Positions 26,695 through 40,413 of a DNA stretch of 64,000 bases are shown in pieces. The position numbers and the translations under genes were made by a program. The notes beneath the pieces were generated by a model. That model was not told the DNA's origin. It saw only the letters and a list, made by a program, of their open reading frames with translations, and did not search any database. The stretch's first letter is position 1, and the number at the start of each line of letters is the position of its first letter. The stretch spans positions 806,001 to 870,000 of the forward strand of contig RDEW01000014.1 in assembly GCA_011109175.1 (NCBI GenBank), in the 5' to 3' direction. Source of the stretch: Dicyema japonicum (lineage: Eukaryota > Animalia > Dicyemida).

Positions 26695-27760
26695 TATTTA
26701 AAAACCAGGAATTACCGACAAAATAAAATGGAATAGATGACGGTCAGGTGATCCATGTCTCCTTAAGCAGCCGTCTCATCCTTTCTCAGTGTTCCTCCCG
26801 AAAACTGACGTACTTCCTGTATGAATGATATACTTTGGAATTTTAGAGATTTCAATTGAGCTCCCGTTCCTTGAACGGAGTTGACATTATTGGCGAGGAG
26901 AACCTTTGTAGGGCCCTCATGACTGTTTCTTGGGAAACATGATTTTCTTTAGATTCGTATAGGATAGGTTTGTGGCCCATTTTGCACAGCAGTAGTTATG
27001 AATGTGTTGCCTATAAAGGTGGCTTAACGTTGAGCAAAAACAGCCTTTGTAGTATATAAGAAGTGTTTTTACAAAATTTAGTTTTCGTTGGGAAAAGGAA
27101 ATGACGTTGCTAACATGCTTACTGAAAGTCATAAGGGGGTGGTACGTGATCCCCAGTAATTTGATGGAGTTAGTGATTGACATTTATTAAGGGTAAAAAA
27201 ATGTGCCGAGTTCGTTAGTCTTCTGTCTGAAGTGAATACCATTGTGGTAGACTTATCAGGACTTGTGCGGAATAGGTTCATCATAAGCCAACAGCTAAGG
27301 TTGTCCGGCAAATCTTATAAGCGGGTACCCGCTGTGTAAACACACTGGTCTCTTGTTGCCAAGATTATGTCGTGAGCATAAACGAGGACCAGAGTGTTGT
27401 TGCTGCTATAGGAAGGCATATCGGTCATAAAGAGGTTGAAGAGAATGGTTGACAGTGGGGATTCTTGTGGGACCCCATTTGGTAAAAATTTAGCGACAGA
27501 AAATGTGGAATTACTCTTTGTCCGTTGAGGAAGTTTGAAAGCCAAATGTTCAAATTGTTTGGAATGTTAGAGCATAAATCTTCATAGTGAGTAATTTCCT
27601 CTGGAAAAAAAGCCTTCTGTATGTAAATGAAGCACATAAGAGTCTTTTGATTCTGAGGCTTGCAGTGTAGGCCCTCCTTGATGAATTTCGTTAAGGTGAG
27701 TAGTTATAGAGTGACCATTCCTAAAACCATGCTGGAAGGATGCGTCGGAAGGTAAGGTTT
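26695..27760 (-). mobile_element. LINE family A 3' half
   Basis: NGVPQESPLSTILFNLF, YAHDII, KLLGITY; homologous to 57200-58105. Confidence 0.85.
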
Positions 27761-27797
27761 AATTATTATTATTAATTATAAATTAATATTAAATAAA

Positions 27798-29501
27798 ATG
27801 TCTCTAATTAATATTGTTATTGTGGTTGATAACATAAATACAAATATTCGTTAATACATAATGTACTTTCATCATTAATAAACAAAACTGATTATTGTTT
27901 ACATGAATTGTCAGATTGTAGCTTATTAACAGTATAATTACATATTATTAAAGCATCCATGGGAAATTAATTGCAAATTACTTGTTTCTGCTCATAATTC
28001 TCTTAATAATTACAAAAAGATAAAATTATTAATTATTTCGAGGGAGGTGGACGGATTATTTCAATTGGAGACTTCATTTTTGACTTTTTCACTACTAATC
28101 ACTGTTCTGTAGAGGATTATATACAACAATATTCCACAGATAGAGAATTCTATATTCATAAAACTCCTATTCCAAATTCAACTATCAAATATGACTCAGC
28201 AACAGTAAAGATTGATTACAGTGTGAAAACTCTGTCTACTGCCAATAAAAAATGCTCAAAATTCAGAAATTATTGTAGCCAGTGTTAGGAAAGGTGATGG
28301 ACATGCCATGATAATCCTCTGTAAGTAATAGAGTTAATGCTAAAGGCTGATTTATCCCAAAAGAGTTATTTAACACTTTTTACTAGAATACTCAAAGACC
28401 TGGGTATTAGCTGTGACTCAAAAATCGAAGATTCTCCTGGAAATCTTAACTTTTTAATTTACACAAAGAAAGTAGTGTTTTTGTTTACAAATAGAATATT
28501 TCAGATGAATTGAAATTCAGAGATAACTGGACAAATGTGGGGGACTTTTACAATATAAGGGATTCAAATTATTATTTTAAATTTGTTGAGAATAATTCTG
28601 AACTTTGTGCTTTTATTAATCCCGAGTCTCTAAGTAATTTGGATAATTATAATACTATTTTGGTTCACACAGAAACCTGTCCTTCAACTCAAGATGTGAT
28701 TCAAAGGTTATGTGGGGAACTATAATTTTTAGTTTTTCAGATTTGTGTTTACCTGACTGGAATCCTGTTGTGTGGTCAGATATTCAAACTAAAGGAAAAG
28801 GAAGAGGGAAAAACCAATGGATATCTTTGTTTGGGTCTGCTCTATTTTCTTTTGCTTATAAAGCCTCCACAAAGTCCGTGATTGGAAGGAAACCAATTTT
28901 CATGCAATATATTTGTGCTTACTCAGTTGTTGAGGCCATTAAAAGACTTTTACCAGAATTTGTAATTTATTTATATAATTTAAGTCTCTATCTATTAAAT
29001 GGCCAAATGATATTTATTATGAGGGTACAAAACTAGGTGGAGTCCTCGTATCATCTAGTATTAGTAGTAGTCTGTCTACATTCTATTGTGGTTGATTATT
29101 ATGGTTACTTTATAGGAATTGGAGTAAACGTATGTAATGAGACTCCCACTTTGTTTGCAGTCTATTTTGAGATCATTTAATTCGAAAAGGACTGTTAAGT
29201 TTCAGAAGTGGTTATTAATATTCTGAGTGTTTTTCACAAAATAATGGAAATTATTGAAATTGAAGGAATAGGACAGTTTATGTCTTTATATTACCAGAGT
29301 TGGCTTCATGGGTTATTATATGTTTGTGATTATAGAGGATCTACTGTATTTCTCAAGGAAAAGGATTGTTACGTAAAAATTGTTGGTCTTGATGAGGATG
29401 GCTTTTTGGAAGTAGTTAATGAAGAAAGTGGAAATAAATACATTCTCTACCCTGATGGAAATAGTTTTGATATGCTTCACAATATGATCATCCTTAAATA
29501 A
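27798..29501 (+). CDS. HLCS: Holocarboxylase synthetase (biotin-protein ligase), multi-exon, apparent small indels
   Basis: HPWEINCKLLV, ETCPSTQD, QTKGKGRGKNQW, IKWPNDIY, KLGGVL, GIGVNV, GLDEDGFL, PDGNSFDM; tiny introns. Confidence 0.92.
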
Positions 29502-29988
29502 ATTTGTTTCTGTCTTATTAGGATTAATTTCATAACATGGGGGTCATTGATTCTTTAATAACCACCCCAAGGTTAACATTGGTTAACTAAAAGATACGAA
29601 GGTAATAAGTCATTATTAATAAATTCCCCTTGATTTTTAACAAGAAAACCATCCTGAGTTAATCCTTATTATCATTTATACACCTAGTGGACCTGATAGC
29701 TCAGAGTATCCAAAAGTAGATGGAATACTAAAGGCTTTTGGAACAATTCTTTTCGCCTAGTATCTGTAGCCGTAGAGTAAATTGAAGGTGATGAAAACCA
29801 TCCCTCAGTTTTACTCGGATGTCGAGACTGCCACCCACTTCCGGGTTCCAAGACAAAACATGGGGAAGCCAGACATAAACACCGTGATCACTAATTAAAA
29901 AGGGAAATAGAAAAGACAAAACGTAGATTAAAAATACTGGAGTAATTTCAAAATGTTAATAACTGTGGTAAAACCGCAATAAAAATTA

Positions 29989-31190
29989 TTAAATTTCAAA
30001 GGCAGACATAGCACAAAAGGCTTTGGCAAGTAAATCATCAACGACAGTTTCCTCCCAGTCATAAGTAGGTAGATTTTGTAAAAATAGCATAATGGACTAA
30101 AAAATAAATAAAATAACTTGAAAGTCATTATGTTGACTTATATTTGTAGAGAAGTGCCTAAGTAACTCAGCACAAACATAAGCATGAAATGTTGATAATC
30201 TGTCCAGTTCACACTACAATAACAGTAATAATTACCAAATAGGTATCATATAAACGAATACAACAATGTAGAGGCAGTTCTCTCAAAAGAAGATTATTAA
30301 TCCACCTAAAAGCAAACAGAGACAAATCCACATCCAATGATATCAATTTATTATATAATTGTTCTTTCATTAACAATAAATGCAACCATCCGTTCTCTTT
30401 ATTATGTTTTCTATAAGTTTAAGACTTCGGAAAATCCCCGGTTGTTCGGGAGTATAATAATCCTGAATTCCTTCAGTCAATTTTGTCAATGACCAGAACG
30501 TCTCTGCCTCAAAGTCCACATGTGCAGTGGAGTAAACACACAAAAAGGGAACTATGAGGTCATTGATTCCCTGAACATATCCAGATGCTGGATGTCGTAC
30601 TGCCCACAAATACAGTATACGTTCCATAACCTACAGTAAGTCACTAAACAACCTCATGGGCACTTTTTAGTGGTATTTTTGTTCTCGGAATATCTACCAT
30701 TATCTAAAATAGAGAAATATAAAAACCTGATGGTGGATACTCTTGAATTTGTGACGAGTGGAAAATAACGCTCAATCAGTTGCCAATATTCTGCCGTTCG
30801 TAACTCAGCGTCTCTATTTGATGAATTCTACAGTAAATAAGCACATTACAATAAGAAACTGCCACGTGGACACCCTCAATGAAGAAGGAACACCATTCCA
30901 GGACACTGTTCGTAATTCCCTAATAATGTAAAGAAAACTGATACCCAGTGATATATTTTTGGATGACAATAGCTTTAATAGTTTACTAGACTTTTTATTT
31001 TGTTGTTCGTTGATTTGGGATAACTTTTCTGAATTTAAATCTAAAATAATTAAATAAATAACCACGTGAGTGTCGATCCTTGTCAATAATACTGGTTGCT
31101 ATTTCCTATCATTATCTTATTTACAAATTTTGGTGATACCTGCTGAATTTTATGATTTATTAAGAAAATTCTTTTGTTATGGTTGTCCAT
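29989..31190 (-). CDS. TBC1D22: TBC1 domain Rab-GAP, TBC1D22/Gyp1 family (start codon uncertain)
   Basis: LRTVSWNGVP, MERILYLWAVRHPASGYVQGINDL, IQDYYT..QPGI, RLYDTYL, FHAYVCA, DFQSIMLFLQNLPT. Confidence 0.9.
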
Positions 31191-31309
31191 TTATTCATTA
31201 AATACAAAGAATCATGTCGTCACTGTATAATTAGATCAATTAATTTTAAATTTTTATTTTATTAAATTTATAAATTCATTCTTCAATTATTTAATAAAAT
31301 GATAGAAAC

Positions 31310-32930
31310 ATGCAACGTGCGTTCGATTTGGTGGCGTTGTTAAAACTCTCTCGAGTTGGTAAAAATGTTGAAATGAAAAAAGGAGAAGGGTCACTTGTTT
31401 TACCAAATGGTAAGAATATAATTTTTGCCATATCAAAGAGCGTTTTGGCAGCTGACCCAAAAGAATGGGCGAGGCAGGTAGTCCTGCAGGTACGTAGCAG
31501 GCTATCCTGAATGCCCTAGAATGGTTGGCCATACTTGTACTGCTATATCTGTGAGTGAACTCAAGAAAATGGCTGTAGGCAAAGAGGGTACTGGTTTAAA
31601 GGAGCGGGGACCAGATGACCACAACTGTCAAAGAGAGCACGAACACCAGAGCTGTGATACGTTGCAGCGGAATTTTCGATTTCCGGAAGAAATTTTAGGC
31701 GCTAGTGAGACATATTCCTTATTGGAGAACGAACGGGGTTGATAAAATTTATAATTTCTTTATCAAAAGATGCACCTTAAGAGTCTACACAATGTCTCCA
31801 CTGCTCTTAGTTCTCTGTTTGGAGCCATTGAGTCGTACCCTCAATCACCGGTTTGAGCAAATACCAGTTCATTGTGAGGGTGTTTGTTCCAGTACAAATC
31901 ATTTTTTTTATCGATGACCTGCAAACGACTACATAGTGTTGTAGAATTTGAGCCCAAAGAGTATGATGAGATGGGTGTTATGATCTGTGGAGTACTCAGA
32001 GAGAACCATGTCCATGTGCGATTATATTTACCCCGTGATAAATTCGGTCATGAGCTGTGTGGAGTAGTCCAACTAAGTGAGCGTATCCTCATGCGAATGC
32101 ACGACACTTTGATAGTCGGGTCAAGTGTGTCTGCTAGAAGCACGCGATACTAACGACCGAGAAAACACGGACAACTCACCTAGGCACTATCAGACCTTTT
32201 TTTCTGCTAAGTATGGTGTTGATGATGATGGGCTAGTAAATGTGAAGGCGTTAATCGGATTACAATATAATAATTTGATGGAAAAGATCAATTTAAAAAG
32301 CTTTCATAAGGTCCTCTTCAGAGAATTGGATAACTCACACGTCGACCTTAAGTCGTCGACAACATGGCAACATAAGGTGGCTACAATGCGGTGACAAGCG
32401 CTGTACACGTATTGCAAGACCAATATCTTTTGGGGTCGATCACAAACCAAAAACTCCATTGTAAGTCAAAGGAGCATGTCGGTTGATCATTTAACCACTC
32501 GATGCGGATCCATGCTCTGCCACGACTATGTGTGGAGGCATAACGAGGTAGTAAGGAGTCTTCATCTTCTACTATGCAATAAGTATGGTATTCGCCACAC
32601 CAGAAAGTTGCGGACTCATAAGGTGCAATCTGTAGTAGAGAACACCAGGGTCCAAATTTAGATAAACAGTGTTATCTGTACCTCGGTGCTAGTCAAACCA
32701 CAATAAACCGGACATTGTGGTACAGGATAAGGAGTCTGACCAAGTCCTTATCATAGAGGTTGGCATTACGTCTCAAGACCATTTGCAGATTGTGGAGGTG
32801 GAGAAAAAAAGGAAGTATGACCTGCTTGTAAACGAGATGGGCAGGTGATTGGTTGCAAGGTCCTCGTTATTCCAATAGTAATGACGTGGGAACGAATTGC
32901 AACAACTGCGAGTCTATTAAACACGGTACT
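31310..32930 (+). mobile_element. Decayed R4/Dong-like RLE non-LTR retrotransposon
   Basis: SPLLLVLCLEPLSR, VDHLTTRC..YVWRHNEVV, NKPDIVV, IIEVGIT, EKKRKYDLL, VIPIVMTW. Confidence 0.8.
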
Positions 32931-33339
32931 AGATATAGAGGATGCCCCGTGTTAATGTCAGTTAGACAAAAACTGGAAATTCTCATCAGTAAACCGAAAG
33001 CATGACTGATGGAAAGGACCAAAGTCAGATGTAACACGGCAACATCACCGGGAATAAATATGCTCCCAGAATCGAAGCCAACGGCTTAGAGGGATAAAAG
33101 AATAGCCGGCCCCCACGAAATTAACCAATCGGTTTGGCAGAATTGTAGTAACATCCCAGAAAAGATCTCCCAGAATCGGTCTGGTAGACCCGCGGTAACA
33201 TCACTGAAAGTTCTCCAAAGAATTGAAAGATATAATCTCAAGATTGAAGGCGCTTAGTGCTATCCTGTGGGAGTGGATTTAAAAAAGATGGTGGACTTGG
33301 AAATGGAGAGCCCAGACCACCTAAAAAGCATTTGAAGAG

Positions 33340-35940
33340 ATGTCTAGGATAGTGTTGGTGAATGCCTGATCCTATGGAAAAGGCATCGTGATCTGACACT
33401 ACTTGCGACGATCCACCAAGTTGATGTTTTGGCGGTCAACGATACAAATGTGAAGAAGACTTACACACACTTTATGGATGGATACTTACTCGATAAATAT
33501 ACCATGGGAAAACGGTGCTATGGCTGACACGGGAACCTCCCTCTTCTACCGTGATGACTTACTTTCAGAATCCTAACATCGCCTAGGCCTCGCAGTGCGA
33601 ATTCGTGTCCATTGAAGTATGTTGCTGCAAATCATGGATAAATTCCGGGGGTCTATATTCGAAGGACATAAGGAACTGTTCTACAAACATTAACAAATTC
33701 TTTGAGCAAAATATGATGGCTATACTGGTGAGTGACCTAAATCCTAAGAACCTGAGCTACGGGTGCTATAAACCCAATGCAGATGGACGACGACTGAAGA
33801 TCTCGACCGAGAATACTGGTCTTGAAGTCATGACATCGGATAAGCAAAACCAGTTTTCTCACCATGGCGGAGACATGCTTGGAGTGTCCCTTGTATCACC
33901 GCAACTATACGCCTATGTGGAGAGACTAATAACTATGTAGGATATCGACCATATTTCACAAGAACTTGTCTTGAAAATGCAACTGGATATCATCGAAAAT
34001 GTTTTCATTAAATACGACATATCTCACGTAGACAGGAACACTATCGACAATATTTGTCAAAAAACCTTCGTGGATGGATGAAAATACATATGACAAGAGA
34101 TGAAATAGAAACCATGAACCGTGATCTATCAAACTTGATTCTATCGTACAGACTGTATGGAAAGAAAATATTTTCGAACAGAAAGGATCAATACTACACA
34201 TTTAATAATAGATCTAATTCGAGAAAGAAATCGCTTAAGAGAAAAGTTAAGACGCTGTGTTGATTGGATGGACAGAATGGCACTCACAGAAAGAATTAGA
34301 TCGACTAAAAAAGCCATTGAAGAAAGATGGAAGATGACTACGGAATACAAGTGGAGGCTTGAGGCAGCCAAAATTGATGCCAAGAATCATTCTTCTGGAA
34401 AGTCTACAAGAGGCTCACAAGTCGTAAGACAGACGCTAGGGAGATTGTCTTAGATAACCCAGATTGAGGCACGTATTCCATGGAGGATATACCTTAAATA
34501 TTCTAGAATCAACTAGAAAATATTCAGGCATCGATCCAATAACATTAATTCCGAATGACCAGATGGAGGCCTCCTTGGAACTTTCTGACTATTCCCTAGA
34601 TGGTCTCAAAGAAGTTGAGGAAAAAATTACTTTGGATGAGATCAAGATTGCAATTAAAATATGCAAGGCTAATGCTCTGGGATTTGACTTCATCAGCATG
34701 AAAATGTTAAAGGAAGGTCCGAAAGCCTTGCTGCTTGTTCTACAGAATTTGTTAACGCAACGATAAAGTATGGGCATATTCCACAATGGTGGAAGAATTC
34801 GATTGTAAAATGATACTAGAGCCAGGAAAGTCGGGGAGGGACCCTATCAACTATAAGTCGACCAGCCTTGTATGCTATAAATCTAAGATTATTGATTATT
34901 GAACGGATTATCTTAAAGAGGCTGTGTCGGCATATAGAAGAGAGGTCCTTCTCACAGAACAATGGGGATTCCGTCCAGGAAAATCCTGCATTGATTGTAT
35001 ATACATAATGTATGTGTTAAGAGGGATAAGAAGCAAAAGACAGATGACCCTGGTGTGCCTGGATATTTCTAAGGCCTCAGATAGTGTGTGGCATGAAGTC
35101 CTCCTATCAAGGCTGGTGTCAGCGGATATTCCAAGATACCTGTTTGTATGGCTGAGAAATTTCCGAACCGGAAGATTATCTCAAGTGCGTATTCGAGGAT
35201 TCGTTTCCGAAGATATTTCATTTGTGAGAGGCGTCCCGCAGGGCTCTGTCTAACCCCCTTTCTTTTGTTCAACACATTTCTATCAGACTTTCCGATTCCA
35301 CCAGATCGAATTCATAATTAGTTAAATACGCGGATGATATCTTAATAATGGACACGTCTGGGAAGTCAACCCTATCGGAGAGAGGCTCAAGAAATATATT
35401 AATTGTGTTCAAGACTGTTGCGACCGGAGTTGGATGAAAAAATCCACGGAAAAGTCTAACTCCTTGAGAATTAGCCGTATCAAACGACATCATGCCAGCC
35501 ATACGCGCTTGGAGTGCCGATGTTGCAATTGATCATGAAGGCTCATTTCTGGAGGATGTTAAACTAAGAAAGAGAGTGCTACATGCACTTCTTTGTAATC
35601 GGAAATTGTGTCGGCACAGAGACTTTCCTATTCATATTCTCATGAATTATCCTTCCCGGCTTGATATAAAGTTTTGAGTCGTGGTACCTGTCTACAAAGA
35701 AGGATACTATCGTTATTAGAAATAGAAAGAAAGGATGCAATAAAACTGGCTTTAGGGAAAAGGCTACACGACAACCTAAAAGCATGGAGGAGGATGAGAT
35801 ACTTATCCCAATAAGACAGATAGTAAACATGATTCATGGATTTCGTGAGAGAACGCTAGTAATTGAGGAGATGGGGGACGTTTGAAGAGTCCAGGCCATA
35901 AAGGCAGTGATAGCTACCTCTTAGTTTAGTTTATAATAAA
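33340..35940 (+). mobile_element. Decayed APE-RT LINE
   Basis: QWGFRPGKSCID, LDISKASDSVWH, GVPQGSV, YADDIL. Confidence 0.85.
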
Positions 35941-36099
35941 GTTATTTTATGAAGTAAATTTTCGACGTGGTTTACCTTCACGTGGAGAAAATTGTATACC
36001 AGTTCAATCTGGCAACTCAAGGAACCACAATTACTCCCCTGTCAACCTGTTCAACGACCTCTGGGAAATCGAACTGGATGATGAGAGCTATTGTGCGGG

Positions 36100-38610
36100 C
36101 GCATAGCTTTCACTCCCAAATATCGGATTTGCTACTTCTAATCCTCATTGGGAACATCGAACAGAACCTCAAGTCTCACAAAAGAAGGCTTTACACAAAA
36201 ATCACTGAGTTTATTGCCTTTCTCACCACCCACAAAATCGATATTGCCCTCCTACAGGCAACAAAACAATCCAGAAAATCAATTCTTCCTTATTTCAAAG
36301 ACTATTCAATTGTCCTCCGTGACCGACCTAATTCAAGCATGGGAGGTGGTGTACTCACCTTTATACACAAGTCTATTACTTTGTGATACTTCTAATCGAA
36401 CAAACGCTCTGATTGAAGGCGACAATCACACTGAGCCTACTTCCATACTTTTCAAAATAAATCGTGAGAGGAAATTGGAACGACGGAATAATTTCATCAC
36501 CAAAATTGACCACCGGACAAAACTAAAGGATTTCTGCGGGACTATTCAGTCGAGACGAAATATAATGGACACAACCCATGCCACCAGTATTGACAGGAAT
36601 CAAACACCACTTGATTTCGCTCATCAGGCAGATATCACTACGCAAAAGTGAGTCACATCAACATGAACAAATGCTCCATGAAAATTGAAAAACGTTCAAA
36701 CTCTTCAAGGAAAACCGATTGTACACACATCTGATGTTGAGAACCTTATCAAAAACGCAAAAAAACTCGCCTTCCAAAAGGCTTGATGGAATCTTCATTT
36801 AAAGCACCTGGGAAAGCAAAGACTTAAAGCAATCGCAACTATCATTTCTGTCTCCATAAAAACTGCCGTATTCCTACTATAGAAAATCAAAATAATCCAA
36901 TCCTGAAGCCCAAAAAAGATCCTTCGGATACAGGATCATTCAGAGCGATTTCACAACTTTTTGTAGTGTCGAAAATTATTGAAGTTGTTATATTAAAACT
37001 AATATTGGAGTATCTTTTCAGATTCTCAACTTTTCGTCACAATATTTAACATTAACACATCTCTTACTCAGTATATCGCAGATAGGTTCAACAATTACAA
37101 TCATTCAAACGGACTATCCTTGCATCGATTAACCGTTTGATCGAACATCAAGGCGGGTTCTAAATAAAAAATTCTTGCATCTCGAATTTCTCCACGTCTT
37201 CAGAATTGACTAACGAGTTTCCTCTTTAAATGACTTGGTCGGGCTGAAATTATGACTTGTCTATCTCACTCCGATTCCTTCCTAACAGAGTCCTCCGATT
37301 TCACTCCGATTCCTTTTGTCTCTCAAATTTTTGGAGGTTTTTTGGTGCGGTTCTCAAGTTTGATTTCAGACTCTTGCAAAAAAAGCACTGCAAGTTCTGG
37401 GTCCATTTGCAACAACTTGGTTATGTGAATAGGGATTTTCATCTCTACTATATATAAAAAAATAAGTTCCGAAACGCTCTTAACTATGAAAACGATCTCA
37501 GAATTGCACAAGCAAACAAAAAAACCACGTTTCGAAGAATTAAGTAAAACTAGAAGGCAGCAAAGTCTCAAGGAACCTAACTAATTTTGTCGAATAAAAT
37601 TCGAATTATGTTAGATTTAAAATCGGGATTGCGAGGTTGGTTTTTTAAATTTTTGTGGTGCGAACTCAAAACGAATCGGGAGGCGCTGCTCGAAAGACAA
37701 TGACTCTAACGTATCAACGAGGGATTTACAGAACCACTTGAACTCTTTTGAAGAGTGGCTTGTAGCAAATCACCTATCCCCATCTCCGTTAAATTCACCT
37801 TTACTGTATTCACGTCCAACCGTCGCCAACTAAATTCTCACCAAATTCCTGTTACTGAAACATTACAAAATACTTGGAGTCATATTCGACAAACTATGAC
37901 TTTCTCAAAACACGTGAAGGCAAAATGTATAAAGCCTCTCACAAAATCAATATATTGAAAGTTGTGTAAGGTCATTTCTTCGGCTAAAGCAAAGAAGGCT
38001 TAACCATCATAAACAAGTTGAAGCCACAATTAACTATACAAGTCCTGTTGGTCAACTACTTCAATTCTATCGACGAACTACAAAATTCAAAACATCCTGC
38101 TCAGAACAATTACTGAATGTCTCAAATCAATTCCTATCTTCACTGAGAATCATAAATTTTTTCCCATTGGAGACCATGTGGAAATGAGAGTTCCTCTCCC
38201 AAGTATACAGCCTAGATCATCCCTGTCACTCTCTATGCAATGACCGGAGACGTTTGAAGCAGATACACGATTTTGTTTCTATGATAATTATCCAAAGACT
38301 CGATGACAATAAAATACTCCATCCTTCAATCGACCAATCAGAATCCCTTCATCCGAGGGACATCCGGGTAAACCTATCTCGTCTACGATGTGGGCACCAC
38401 CCCCTATCTACCGATGTACGTTAACTGGATTATATCTTCAATTCTTTTGCAACCTCAGCGAGTTGACAGCAAATCACCTTTTAATGCCCTGAATTAGTAC
38501 ACTGTTCGTCTACAATGGCAAAGTTAAACGATCTATGGGAGCGACCAGCATTTGCATCGTCCTACTTAATAGCCCTTGGTCTCCTACGAGTTAGTGAGGG
38601 TTATTTAACT
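36100..38610 (+). mobile_element. Decayed APE-RT LINE with C-terminal RLRCGH motif
   Basis: IDIALLQ, RDRPNSSMGGGVL, ILKPKKDP..FRAIS, RVNLSRLRCGHH. Confidence 0.8.
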
Positions 38611-38619
38611 AACTACAGA

Positions 38620-39135
38620 TGTAGACCATCTGAAAATCTCGTATTCTTCCAATGAAATATCACTTATGCATGCGAAATCTACCCCCCCCCCTCAACGATT
38701 TAAAGAATCCTATGCATCTTTGCACATATGCCTCTGTTGCGTGGAGATTCGCGTATTCAGGGCACTATCAAAAACTAAACTTACTGCAAAGGAAAACAAT
38801 ACGTATGCTGGGACCACAATGTGGAACAAAAATACCTCCCTGCTGACGGAATCTACAACTCGAAGATATAGTTCAGAATTTCTTCGCATTTGCGAGGAAG
38901 ATGGACACCCACTAAGTTTCTCACTGTTCTACGCAAAAGAAAATCGGTTGGCTAAAAAATTTCCTTCCCAATCGGCTTCCTCTGCAAGGATCAAAGAAGG
39001 AATTTCCGTTCGACAGTGGAAACAATGGAGACGCACAGTCTTCGGATGGCACGTTTGGTTGCGGGAACTGAAATCGCCTAACTAGTTGACTTTACTTTTG
39101 TCTTTCTTTCTCGGTGATCCCGGGGTTAATAAATA
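38620..39135 (+). mobile_element. LINE 3' end fragment
   Basis: YASVAW..KLNLLQRKTIR; tail CTCGGTGATCCCGGGGTTAATAAA. Confidence 0.7.
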
Positions 39136-40413
39136 AATATGCATCTTTGCAAAAACCTAACCGAAACAAGAAAGAAATATCGTTTCTATGGTCACAAACA
39201 GCATCCAGATTATAAAGAAAATTCCTCCTCCATCTCAAAAAAGTCTATGATGAATATAATCTATGAGTTCGTATCAACTAGGTGCATATGTTGCCTAAAA
39301 GAAAACAAGATGCCGGATTTCATATTATTTATCAATCTTTTCCGAACCATGAACCACCAATGAGTATAAAAGATATATGGGAGCGCCCAGCACTTTTAGG
39401 TAGACGATTGATGGAAGCCGACCTGCTAAATGTTAATGAGGTCTGAGTAACTTAAAAATTTACGAAGAACTACTGCATTGATGTTTTGCTGTTACGAAAG
39501 TCAAAACTCTTGATTGGTAACGCAACATCAAAGGTTCCGTGTATACTTGGTGATCTGTCATGACATGGAAAACTTGGTGATTTCCTGACCAACATACGAA
39601 ATGAGATTTCTACATCAGCAACTATTCCTGCAACCAGATTCCAAATTGTGGTGCACTTGAACTTCTAACTCCGTCTTCGTCAACTCTCGTCCACATTGGT
39701 CGACAAATATCTCCTTTCTATAAGCTTTTGTTTTTACCCTGCCCCCAAAATTTCATCCCTTATATTTCTCAAGGATGTGCTTATTTGGGAAGACTTAAAA
39801 CACCCCCTCTGGCTGACAGGTCCGGCTCATGATAAGAAAGGCTGATTGTGGATCTACACAGTCTCCGAATTTTGAACTATTCGAGTTTCCACAAAAGAAC
39901 CACAACTTAACATGGTGTGATTTCTAAATGCTACAAAATTATTAGGCTTATGAATTGATAAGAATATACATAAATCTGTCGCGGTTAGAGAAACAGAGAA
40001 CATGTTGGTCAAGTACATACATGGAGTCAAAACTTTGTGAAAAGAATTTTTTCTGTATATGATCGGTTATTGGAGTATGATGAGGACATGACTATTAATC
40101 TGAACGAGAAAATAGTGGTGGATGTGAAATGGCTGTAGCCCTTCCTCAGAAATAAGAATCTGAGAATACATCTATTTTTAATAAAACTAATCTTCAAAGT
40201 TGTTATTTACTGAATTCCTTTTGATAACTACTTTATTAATTTCGAGACCAAAAAGAAAGAATATTCCAACTAATTAAGTGGCCCATATTTCTAAGAATCT
40301 ATTTTTCATATACCGTTTCCTGAAAAATAGTTAATTGCAGATAATTTAATTTATAATTAAAAAATATTTATTTGTTTAAAAACAATAAAATTTTAAATAA
40401 GATAATAATTCTT

